A stretch of DNA of 63,143 nt, the filler included, from Octopus bimaculoides (lineage: Eukaryota), in assembly GCF_001194135.2 (NCBI RefSeq). It is 4 parts of 4 records of this genome, joined end to end, with 100 filler letters (N's around TTAATTAATTAA, not from the genome) between each part and the next. Parts side by side here need not be neighbours in the genome. Positions count along the whole stretch, not along the records: positions 1 to 22,656 come from NC_069007.1; 3 more parts are not named here. The stretch is one strand, 5' to 3'. Below the pieces are notes generated by a model. The model was not told the DNA's origin and searched no databases. It saw only the letters and a list, made by a program, of their open reading frames with translations. A program made the position numbers and the translations under genes. Below, piece by piece: positions 12,269 through 22,756 of the stretch. Within the stretch, counting starts at the first letter, position 1; each line of letters begins with the position of its first letter.

Positions 12269-13929
12269 CAGGGTGGGGAAGCAAAACTTTGCAAAATTGC
12301 TGTAACATTTGAAACTCATTGTGCATCAATAAGTTTAGTAATTCAAAAATAAGTGAATAACATTCCCATATAATTACAAAACAAATAATTTATTCTATGT
12401 GGATTCCATTGTTTGCAATTAAAGCCTCCACACAGCCCCAAAACCCTGCAGAACTCTTCACCACCAAATCACTGAACACCCTGGCCCACTCCTCATTGAT
12501 AGCAGCCTTCAGAGAGTTGATGTTGGAGTGGGAGGTTTTGTTGGTGGCATGCTCCAAAATGCCCCACATAACATAGTCCAGAGGGTTGAGATCTGGGCTG
12601 GAAGAGGGCCAGAAGTTCGCAGATGAGAAAGCAGGAAAACTGGATTTGCAGAAATTCTGTATCTTCTTGGTAGTATTGCTGGGAGCACCATCCTAGGTCC
12701 GCACATAGTTGCTCTCTGGATAGTTGACCTTGGTGGAGGCGCAATGGCCCAGTGGTTAGGGCAGTGGACTCGCGGTCATAGGATCGCGGTTTTGATTCCT
12801 AGACCGGGCGTTGTGAGTGTTTATTGAGTGAAAACACCTAAAGCTCCATGAGGCTCTGGCAGGAGATGGTGGCGAACCCTGCCGTACTCTTCCACCACAA
12901 CTTTCTCTCACTCTTACTTCCTGTTTCTGTTGTGCCTGTAATTCAAAGGGCCAGCCTTGTCACACTGTGTCACGCTGTCTATCCCCGAGAACTATGTTAA
13001 GGGTACACGTGTCTGTGGAGTGCTCAGCCACTTGCACGTTAATTTCACAAGCAGGCTGTTCCATTGATCGGATCAACTGGAACCCTCGACGTCGTAAGCG
13101 ACAGAGTGCCAACAAGTTGACCTTGAGCCATGGCAAAACATGGTAATTCATCATCATGTAGTAGGCATCAGCACCTATCTTTTCACCAGCCTTGTAGAAA
13201 TAGATAGGCATCTGTCCCCTACTGAAAGTCATGATCTAGGCTGGATGTTTTGTTCTGAAGGTGTCACTGACATCAGCTGTTGACTCTGCAATGTACTGGT
13301 TGTTTCTGTGGTTTACAACATCATCCACTGTGAAGATCTTGTCGGAGAAAATTTTCACAGTGGGGTCTTTCTTCTTGAAGTATGTGAGAACCTTTTTGCA
13401 CCTCTCCAGCTTGTATAGGTTCTGTCAGCAGGTGTCTCAGTATCCTTGTGTAAAACTTGAGACCAAAGTTATCATTCACAGCTATTCTGATGGTCTTGTG
13501 GGTACACTTCAAGTTCAGAAACCAGCTTCCTCGTGGATGTGGTTGGGTTTGTTGAAATTTTGGATTTGATGGTGTTGATGTTTTGATTCCACTTCTTGTT
13601 GGCCCCATCACTGTCAGACTTCTTCTCAATGCCATTGCCCACGTCCATTCTCTTCTTGATGTTATAAACTGTGTGTAAGAATGATCTGATTATGCTCGAA
13701 ATCCTCTTCAGATCGACTTGTGCACAAACCAAATCACATAGTCTTTGGCGTTTGTCTTCCTGTGCAGTCATATTCTCCAATATTCCTGCAAAAAGAGTTT
13801 ATTATTAGCTGACAATGTATTCATAAAGAAATAAATGTATTCATTGTTCTGCATTAGGTCTCATATCAGTTGATGTAGTGGTTGCTGAGAAATAGTGTAA
13901 CTTCTAATGCAAGTTTTGCTTCCCCACCC

Positions 13930-13931
<2 letters not shown>
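12269..13931 (-). mobile_element. Tc1/mariner DD37D (maT) transposon relic, full extent, with nested SINE B
   Basis: TIRs CAGGGTGGGGAAGCAAAACTT at both ends. Transposase N-terminus in ORF 13472-13780. Catalytic *DGAPSN...WPSSSPDLNPLDY has 37 residues between the last two Asp. Multiple stops and frameshifts. Confidence 0.9.
12733..13114 (+). mobile_element. SINE family B, full length
   Basis: 11-bp TSD AGTTGACCTTG (12722-12732 / 13115-13125). Confidence 0.9.
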
Positions 13932-13973
<42 letters not shown>

Positions 13974-15660
13974 TTATGAAGGGTATTGGACTCAACCAAA
14001 CCCAAAGATACAGGTAATACCGAGTAAGTGCTGTATACCAGCTAGTTTTGCCCCTTTCGTTGTATAAACATGAGTGGGGATTAAAACATAGGTCGTGTAT
14101 TAGCGTGTGTATGTATAAAGAGAGAAAAGGATAAAGAGAACAATGGCAAAGTTGGAAATATATTTTATGGATAGAGTCTAACTTTGCCATTGTTCTCTTT
14201 ATCCTTTTCTCTCTTTATGCATATATACATATATATATAAATTTAAGTCACAATATATAGATTCAAGTAATCTTGTAGTACTCATACAAAACATATAGAA
14301 TATATAGTATGATACAATATAGACTATATAGTATGATATAAGAGAAAAGGATGAGGTGTGTAAAAAGTCACAAATGACAGAGAAATAGATTGATCAAATT
14401 TTATTTAACAAAAAGAAAATTCTAATACCATGACAAATTGTTTCATAACTTAAAAACATGTAAATAATTTATATTATAATATTTAATAAAAAAAATAAAT
14501 TACTTACGTGCCTGCATTAATGCAAAAAATCCTTCAAAATAATGCAGAATTTAAGCTACATCCTCATGTGAAAGAAATCTTTGTTAAATAAGAGATTGTT
14601 GATGTATTGTTATATGATGAGGTCTTGAATAGGGAATAAAGGACCCTGACAAACTGATTGATTGATTAATCAAGTGATTGATTGCTTAATAAAATGATTA
14701 ATCAAATAATTAGTTAATTGATTAATACTTTACTAATTGACAAATATTTGGTAAAAGAAGTGAAATAGAACCAGTGCATGTGTTTATTGGCATAACCACC
14801 CTCCCTAAATACAACAATGCATGTCTCAATACATAAGATCACAGGAGGAATATTGCAAACCAAGTACAAAAAACCATGTACAAATATGTTTGTGATATAT
14901 TTGAACTATTAAAAGGCCTTTTCCTAGCAGTTTGTAGAGGAAAAAATTCTCGATAGCTGTTAATATACTAACAATCATTTCAGGGCACCTTCTGTGGACC
15001 ACTGAATTCATTTCAAGCTGATCAGCTATCATCAGCACTGGTTACTAAACGAGATCAGCCATAAAAAACTTCAATGAAAATGGTCTTTTTACAGATCGAA
15101 TAAAATCCAAACAAATTCAAAACTAATCTAAATGTTAATCTAATGAGACTTAGACTTTCAATTTTCAACATCTTACAAAAATATTCCACTCCTTTAATTT
15201 CTCTACATCCCAACTCCTTACCTTATAAAACTTATTCAAAAAACCTTGTATATATATATCTGCCTTTAAATGAAGGGTGAAAATTCTGTATTGTAGATAA
15301 ATATAAATAAGACAAACCAGCATTGAAGCACTTAAGCAATACCTCTTCTTCTTCTTTTTGCATCATCATCATCACCCTTATCATGTCTGTTTTCTATGCT
15401 GGCATGGGTTGAATGGTTTGACCAGAGCTGGTGAGCAGGAGAGGTACATCAGGTTCCAGTCTGATTTGGCTTGTTTTTTACAGCTGGATGTCCTTCTGAA
15501 CACCAACCATTTTACAGTGTCTACTGGGTGCTTTTAATGTGGCACTGACAGGATTTGCCAATGTGTAATGTTGTTCACATTAGGATGTAATTAGTATGAA
15601 AAGTGAAAGAATAAAAGTGTTAAGATATAATTAGAATTAAAAGTGAAAAAATAAAATTGA

Positions 15661-16530
15661 GACTGAGGACTGGTGAAACCGGATGGCAACACCAGGCTCC
15701 AATCTAATTTGGCAGAGTTTCTACAGCTGGATGCCCTTCCTAACGCCAACCACTCAGAGAGTGTAGTGGGTGTTTTTAAGTGTCACCCGCACGAAAACGG
15801 CCACGCTCGAAATGGTGTCTTTTATGTGCCACCCACACAAGAGCCAGTCCAGGGGCACTGGCAACGATCTCACTCGAAAATCCTACGGGAGCCAGTCAGG
15901 CGGTACTGGCAACGGCCACACTCGAAATGNNNNNNNNNNNNNNNNNNNNNNNNNNNNNNNNNNNNNNNNNNNNNNNNNNNNNNNNNNNNNNNNNNNNNNN
16001 NNNNNNNNNNNNNNNNNNNNNNNNNNNNNNNNNNNNNNNNNNNNTTTAATCCAAATGAAAAAAAAAAAGAAAATTATATGTTGAAACTCACGTGGTCCGA
16101 TACTATTACCATGTAAAATTTGACTTGATTTGGTTGAGCCATTTGAGAATGCATTGAGAGCAGACAGACAGACAGAAAAAGAATTTTATATATATATATT
16201 TATATAAATAAGAATAAGATCATTATTTAAAATACCAATCTTATCAGTTGGCCAGCCTGGGAATAAAAACCTCAAAGGTAATAAATATTATAAAAATTAT
16301 AATTTAGGGTATCTAAGAGATACCACCATGCTAGATATAGCAGCCAAAACTTGACTCTAAAACCACATTAAATGTGGTTTTAGAGTCAAGTTTTGGCTGC
16401 TATATCTAGCATGGTGCTAACGCTTAGATACCCTTAATTATAATTTTAATAATATTTATATATATATATAGATTAGACAATATGTCATGAGAACTATACA
16501 AATATATGTGTGTGTGCACGTGTATATATA

Positions 16531-16611
<81 letters not shown>

Positions 16612-16872
16612 TTGCCAGTGCCCCTGGACTGGCTTGTGCGGGTGGCACATAAAAGACACCATTTCAAGCGTGGCCGTTTTCGTGTGGGTGACACGTAAAA
16701 GCACCCACTACACTCTCTGAGTGGTTGGCGTTAGGAAGGGCATCCAGCTGTAGAAACTCTGCCAAATTAGATTGGAGCCTGGTGTTGCCATCCGGTTTCA
16801 CCAGTCCTCAGTCAAATCGTCCAACCCTTGCTAGCATGGAAAGTGGACGTTAAACGATGATGATGATGATGA
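15661..16872. repeat. Inverted pair of near-identical SINE D copies (15661-15868 and 16608-16813)
   Basis: Arms are reverse complements and share diagnostic variants (GGTGAAACCGGATGGCAACACC, CTAATTTGGC). Confidence 0.85.
16281..16459. repeat. Palindrome/foldback: perfect 46-bp arms (16324-16369 / 16371-16416) with imperfect 36-bp outer arms
   Basis: CACCATGCTAGATATAGCAGCCAAAACTTGACTCTAAAACCACATT-A-exact reverse complement. Confidence 0.95.
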
Positions 16873-17153
16873 TATATATACACACACACACATATAAGGA
16901 TTATTAGTAAGAAAATCATTGATAGAGTACTACCTGCACTTAAGTTTAAAGTTAAAACAGCAAGGGATAATCCACAGCAATTTTTTGTCCACCTCTGGAG
17001 TGAAGGATAAATAAATCTACCTTGCTTGCTACATTCAGATTGTAAACCACAACATGCCTTATCTCTTAGTCATCACCCTCACTGGTGCTCATGGCCAGGG
17101 CTATAAATCTATCTACATCCACCACATTCTACATCCACCACAATGCCCATGAA

Positions 17154-17364
17154 CCCTTTAAGATTACTCTGTCAGATGAAATGCTTATATATTCACATTG
17201 TTTTGAATTAATCATAGCTTATCTTGTAGCTTTGAGATTTTGATATGATTGTTTATCTTTAAAATGACATTGTAGGGTAGGTGTAAGAGGCTAGATCTGA
17301 TCAGCTTGGACATAAAACAAGTGGAATATTTGGGCTGAATATTGCCAGTTTAAACACTGAGGGG
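17154..17364 (-). mobile_element. piggyBac-like MITE (same family as 22176-22392)
   Basis: CCCTTTA...GAGGGG-TTAA ends. Reverse-complement similarity to 22176-22392. Confidence 0.6.
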
Positions 17365-18221
17365 TTAAGGGAGTTTAATTCTGCTTCAAGCCATTCAATA
17401 GCACCCTAATTTACCCATTTTTAATGAAGGAAAGAATAAATAAAATTCTAAATCAAGATAAGTATTGTTTATAAAATGAGAAAAAGAAACAGACCCAAAA
17501 ATTTAATTTGCTATTAACACACTTTTAAAATAAACACTAAAAATGATTTACAGTAAAAATCAAGTTCACTTGATTTCATTACAAACTTTACTTGTCACAA
17601 ACTTTTTATTTTTACTGGTCATTACAAACTTTTTACTTTTCACAAACTCTATAAAATGCATGTGTAAATACTTAAAACATTTAGATATTTACTTACCCCT
17701 TTTACAAATCCTACTCTGGTTTTTCCTTTAAAAGAATCGATAAAGTATGGATCTTTCTAGAATTTAAAAAAGCTATTTTTTCTAAGTTTATATATTTTTT
17801 AATGTTAAGCAATTTGTGTGATAATCAGCACAAGAAACGATTTAAATGTTAAACACCTTTGAAATATGAGCTATGATTACACTTTGGAATTGATTTTTGC
17901 ATCCAGAAATGGGTAATATTAAGGTTAAACTTTGACCTTCACTTATCCACAGATGCACTCATACTCACACTTTTGTGCAATTTCTTGTTAGAGGTAAGTG
18001 TTATACGATAAAGAGTAAGCTCTGAGTGAGGCTTTCATTCTTAGTGTGACCAATCACACCTCAGACATGTTGTTCATGACTTAGAAAATGGCATGAATGT
18101 CATATCTTTCCTTTTCATTCTCTTTAATTATATCTTATCTTTTACCTGTTTCAAACTAAGACACCACCTTGAGGGGTTTTAGTCAACAAATCTGTTAACC
18201 TAATGAAAATTCCATCTAAAT

Positions 18222-18609
18222 TGTTCTTGTTGGCACTCCGTTGTTTACGACATCGAGGGTTCCAGTTGATCCTATCAACGGAACAGCCTGCTCGTGAAAT
18301 TAACGTGCAAGTGGCCGAGCACTCCACAGACACGTGTGCCCTTAACGTAGTTCTCGGGGATATTCAGCGTGACACAGTGTGACAAGGCTGACCCTTTGAA
18401 TTACAGGCACAACAGAAACAGGAAGAAAGAGTGAGAGAAAGTTGTGGTGGAAGAGTACAGCAGGGTTCGCCACCATCCCCTACCGGAGCCTCATGGAGCT
18501 TTAGGTGTTTTCGCTCAATAAACACTCACAACGCCCGGTCTGGGAATCGAAATCGCGATCCTATGACTGCGAGTCCGCTGCCCTAACCACTGGGCCATTG
18601 CACCTCCAC
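18222..18609 (-). mobile_element. SINE family B, full length
   Basis: 11-bp TSD TCCATCTAAAT (18211-18221 / 18610-18620). Confidence 0.9.
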
Positions 18610-18980
18610 TCCATCTAAATACAACCGGGATAATCCACAGCAATATTTTGTCCACCTCTGGAGTGAAGGATAAATAAATCTAGCTTGTTTGCTACATTCA
18701 GATTGTAAACCACAACATGCCTTATCTCTTAGTCATCACCCTCACTGGTGCTCATGGCCAGGACTATAAATCTATCATTCAGATCAAGAAAAATCAAATT
18801 TACCTTTAAATCCAGGGCCTTTCCGAATCAGCACCTTTATGTCACTTGATTTGATTTGATCAGGGAAGTGAATGCCATGCAGTCATTCAGAAAAGGGACA
18901 AATGATTTCATATGGGAAATCCTGGTCTGCCTAATTAGTACCACATCCAGGCATAGTAACCTGAAGATGTTGAGCAACTA

Positions 18981-19196
18981 CGAGGGGATGCTGAAAAGTT
19001 CCTGGCTTTGGGTAAAAGAAAATACAGGAAAATCAGTTGATTATGATTTTATTCAACACATTTCCCTCTCAGATTCACACACTTGTTGCAGCAGTCCTTC
19101 AGTTTTTCTAAGCCCTGTAAAAGAACCCAGAAGGTTGGGCTTCCAGCCAGGCTTTCGCAATAGTCTTAAAGCGAGGAACTATTCAGCACCCTCTTG
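18981..19196. mobile_element. Mariner-derived MITE, complete
   Basis: TA-CGAGGGGATGCTGAAAAGTTCCT...AGGAACTATTCAGCACCCTCTTG-TA: TIRs with TA TSD. Confidence 0.85.
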
Positions 19197-19309
19197 TAAA
19201 CCTGTGTCATTTGTGACTTCCTTTAATCACGATTCACAATAACCATGCTTTTAATGTAATGCCACACAATAACCATTTGTATGTTCTGGTAGAAATCTGT
19301 TTTATTTAG

Positions 19310-20420
19310 ATAAAGTTTATAGCTTTGTTTGGAAGGACAATCTATTACCAGAGGAGCATAAGAGATGCAGAAAGGGATCAAGGGGAACTGGCTAATGTTG
19401 ATAGCTTGATCTTAGATGAGGTATGAATAAGAAAGAACAATTTAGCTTTTGGATGGGAAAACTAAATGGAAGTTGAGAACACTTGAACACTTGGGGTCAA
19501 TGACAAGATTAAATGTTTGAAGGACTGTTACACATTTTTTCCTGTCTTCTTCTATGATCAAAGACCTTCCAGTTATGGCAATTCTATTGAAACTTGCTAT
19601 TATGTGTCTTATCCCCAAGAAGATAACCATTCCAGAATTGCTGAGATGGATCTCTCAGAAAAAGAGATGAGGGGGAAGAGAGAGTGGGTAAGAGAGAGAC
19701 AGAGAAAAAGAAGAAAGGAAAGAGGGTGAGAGAGAAACGGAGAAGGAAGAAAACAATAAGAATTTTGGTAAGGGTAGGAGATAGCTCAAGAGTGCACTAT
19801 TTGTGGGTGGTAAAAAAACCTCCTGATTGTCTGTAATTTGTATGTTATGTTTGACAAAACTTTTACAATTTTAGGCAAATGTGTCAAAATACACAAACCA
19901 CCAGAAACTACAATAATCCATGTGGAGAGATACATCTGTTACAAATTGGAAAACCTCTGCAAACATTAGAGTTCATTTTCTTAATCTTTTGAAATCAAAT
20001 CTAATTTTTCTTCTTTTCATTTAAATCAATAATCTACAATAGCCTCCAAGAGTCTCTGACTTAGTCATTATTTATATATTTTATACCAAAATTTTAGCGC
20101 AATAACTTTTATGGTTATAAGTTTCCAACTATCCAGTAATAAATTCCTTTCTTAGTGCAGACTAAATATCTCAAGGGACTGGGTTCATAAAGCTGCAATT
20201 TCCCAACCAATTTTTATACAATATGCTGATCTACATCAATGATAAAATAAACACACACAATGTAATATGCATGATTGTCTTGGGCCCAGTAACATTAAAA
20301 AACTTCACCTGTTGGCTGGTATTACTCCATCTTATATAAGAAGGGATATTCCTGGAAAAATTGAAAACAAAATCAGATGTGTGATGAAAGATATCCATTA
20401 TTTGAATAACAAATATGAAA
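19310..20420 (+). pseudogene. Ancient LINE remnant (endonuclease-like start, RTE-like C-terminus)
   Basis: ELANVDSLILDEV resembles the EN ExxxDxxxLxE motif. LHLLAGITPSYIRR (about 20305-20345) resembles the RTE-group C-terminal L.GI.PP.IRR motif. Many stops. Confidence 0.4.
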
Positions 20421-20828
20421 AAGATTAACCCTTTAGCCATGTCTGGTTTGTGGAAGGACAGCTTTCAAATGATATTTATCTCACCCAGGGGCAATGTTTT
20501 TTGTACTACACTACATACCAATTGGCATGAAGTCATTCACCTACACTCCAACATCTGCCCCACAGATGTAGTGTCTCTGCTTTCTTCCTTCCCCTTCTCC
20601 TGCAAACTTAATGTTTTATACAAAACCTATAAACTTAAACAAAACCTATTCCCTTTGATCATTGTTCTGTATTGACTACATTTAACACAAAAGAATAAAT
20701 CACTCAGAGGACTTTATTCTCCAAAATATGCTAATTTTCAAGACCATTTGTATACAATATTGTACATCTACTTAGAGATTCTCTCAGCACTACTTCAGCA
20801 AGTAGAGTGAAGTCTATGTTTCACTGGG

Positions 20829-21210
20829 TTGTTGTTGGCACTCCGTCGCTTACGACGTCAAGGGTTCCAGTTGATCCGATCAACGGAACATCCTGCTCGT
20901 GAAATTAACGTGCAAGTGGCCGAGCACTGCACAGACACGTGTACCCTTATCGTAGTTCTCGGGGATAATCAGCGTGACACAGTGTGACGAGGCTGGCTCT
21001 TTGAATTACAGGCACAACAGAAACAGGAAGAAAGAGAGAAAGATGTAGTGGAAGAGTACAGCAGGGTTTGCCACCATCCCATGCCAGAGCCTCGTGGAGC
21101 TTTAGATGTTTTCACTCAATAAACACTCACAACGCCTGGTCTGGGAATCGAAACCGCGATCCTATGACTGCGAGTCTGCTGCACTAACCACTGGACCATT
21201 GCGCCTCCAC
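20829..21210 (-). mobile_element. SINE family B, full length
   Basis: 11-bp TSD GTTTCACTGGG (20818-20828 / 21211-21221). Confidence 0.9.
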
Positions 21211-21407
21211 GTTTCACTGGGAAGGTCAAATAAAACTGAAACATCTCCAGAGTTATTTCCCATACTTGTTAAATAATTAAAATATTATTAGTCATTGATT
21301 TGCGCCATATTTTCCTCTCACATAAATATTTCCACTTAAAGTTTGTTTATATGTTCTCTGTATTAAATATGTTAATATTAACTTAATTACAATTAATTAT
21401 TTTTCAG

Positions 21408-21590
21408 TTTTGATGAACATTTCTGCAAGACTTCAAGAGTACAGGAGAAATACAAAAATGCCACTTGTAATCAGAAAACATTTTACAAGATGATCCTCCA
21501 AAGTTATATGCCAGTTTTGAATCATACAAACTCCAATGAACATAATCTACCATTTTTAAATAACCCACACAAAATGTGTTTGTACAAAAA
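21408..21590 (+). CDS. Candidate coding exon 2 (FDEHFCKTSRVQEKYKNATCNQKTFYKMILQSYMPVLNHTNSNEHNLPFLNNPHKMCLYK)
   Basis: Acceptor TTATTTTTCAG|, donor AAA|GTAAGT, 183 nt, symmetric phase 2-2. Only this frame is open, in AT-rich DNA. Confidence 0.6.
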
Positions 21591-21668
21591 GTAAGTGGTC
21601 CCTAAATTGTGTTTTATTTCTGTATGTTTTTTTCTCTATTGTCTCTGAATAATTTTTTAATCTTGTAG

Positions 21669-21711
21669 CTGGGAGGAAAGGCAGAATGCTATCAGCAAAC
21701 TGGAGACTTGA
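21669..21711 (+). CDS. Candidate terminal coding exon 3 (NWEERQNAISKLET*)
   Basis: Follows a 78-nt pyrimidine-rich GT-AG intron (21591-21668). Phase matches exon 2. TGA at 21709-21711. Confidence 0.5.
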
Positions 21712-22175
21712 ACTAAATTTTTGCAACAAAATGGATACCACTAAAGGCATTCAAGATGACCGGTAGAGGTGTTGAGTCAGGTTGTAAATGAAGGTAACAA
21801 TCCAAGAAGGCTATCGCAGGATTTGATCTCAGAACACAACGAGCTGTACAAATCTAACAAGGCATCAGGTTCAAGCATTATTTTATTGACCTTGAAATGA
21901 CGAATAGCAAAGATGTCCATGTCAGGATTTGAACTTGCTGATGCACTTCTCAAAAGAACTTTAAGATAAACCATTTCTGAAAAAATATTCAAGCAAAAAT
22001 TCAAGACAACTGCTACTGCAATCATAATGGCTGTCTCCTACAGCATCTCCTTTTCCAAATATCAAACTAGCTACGTTTTAAATGCTTGCCCATTAAATGC
22101 AGACAAAGGGGGAATTAGCTCAAATCTTCCTGAATTAAGGGAAACAGGAAGACTTCTTAAATCTGCTTTCCTTAA

Positions 22176-22392
22176 CCCTTTAGAACTTAAACTGGCCATA
22201 TCCTGCCATTTATCTGCCTGTTCTATGTTCAAACTGGCCAGATCCGGCCTCTCACACTAACCCTACATCATTCTGAAAATTAACAGTTACCTCATCAAAA
22301 TCTCATAGCTACAAGATAATACATAATTAATTCAAGACAATGTGAATTAAAAAAAGCATTAATTTGGGCAGAATAATGTGAATGCTAAAGGG
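22176..22392 (+). mobile_element. piggyBac-like MITE
   Basis: TTAA-CCCTTTAG...CTAAAGGG-TTAA. Confidence 0.8.
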
Positions 22393-22428
22393 TTAAACAA
22401 TATTAATGAACAAAATTAAAACTTTTAC

Positions 22429-22625
22429 TCTTTTACTCTTTTACTTGTTTCAGTCATTTGACTGTGGCCATGCTGGAGCACCGCATTCAGTCGAGCAAAT
22501 CGACCCTAGGACTTATTCTTTGTAAGCCTATTACTTATTCTATCGGTTTCTTTTGCTGAACCGCTAAGTTACAGGGATGTAAAACACACCAGCATCGGTT
22601 GTCAAGCGATGTTCGGAGGACAAAC
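22429..22625 (-). mobile_element. SINE A 3' half
   Basis: Reverse complement of the tail at 10100-10315. Further copies at 51082-51310 and 55510-55921 (the latter full length). Confidence 0.85.
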
Positions 22626-22756
22626 ACATACACATACATACATATATATATATATANNNNNNNNNNNNNNNNNNNNNNNNNNNNNNNNNNNNNNNNNNNN
22701 TTAATTAATTAANNNNNNNNNNNNNNNNNNNNNNNNNNNNNNNNNNNNNNNNNNNN

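Larger units (their letters stand above)
16965..18776 (+). repeat. About 150-bp near-identical direct repeat (16965-17113 and 18627-18776)
   Basis: GGATAATCCACAGC...CTATAAATCTATC occurs twice with a few substitutions. Confidence 0.9.

Noticed and set aside
12013-12352. YI/HT/CV-repeat and homopolymer ORFs throughout (e.g. 52076-52489, 57432-57989)
   Set aside because: Translations of (TA)n, (CA)n and trinucleotide microsatellites.
17697-17756. Minus-strand 60-nt exon-like segment (KDPYFIDSFKGKTRVGFVKG), and a 24-nt one at 14508-14531
   Set aside because: Short enough to arise by chance. No recognisable family and no consistent chain of exons.
17953-17993. 41-nt segment with good acceptor and AG|GTAAGT donor in the candidate intron
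   Set aside because: Including it would frameshift exon 2. It could be a poison or alternative exon but is unsupported without RNA data.
18804-18960. Minus-strand exon-like frame with TAG and TGA that A-to-I editing could turn into Trp
   Set aside because: No homology to show Trp is expected, and the upstream flank is a MITE junction. Too speculative.
19310-19420. Phase 0-0 111-nt open segment with AG/GT ends
   Set aside because: Better explained as the endonuclease motif of an old LINE remnant, and its phase does not fit the candidate gene.
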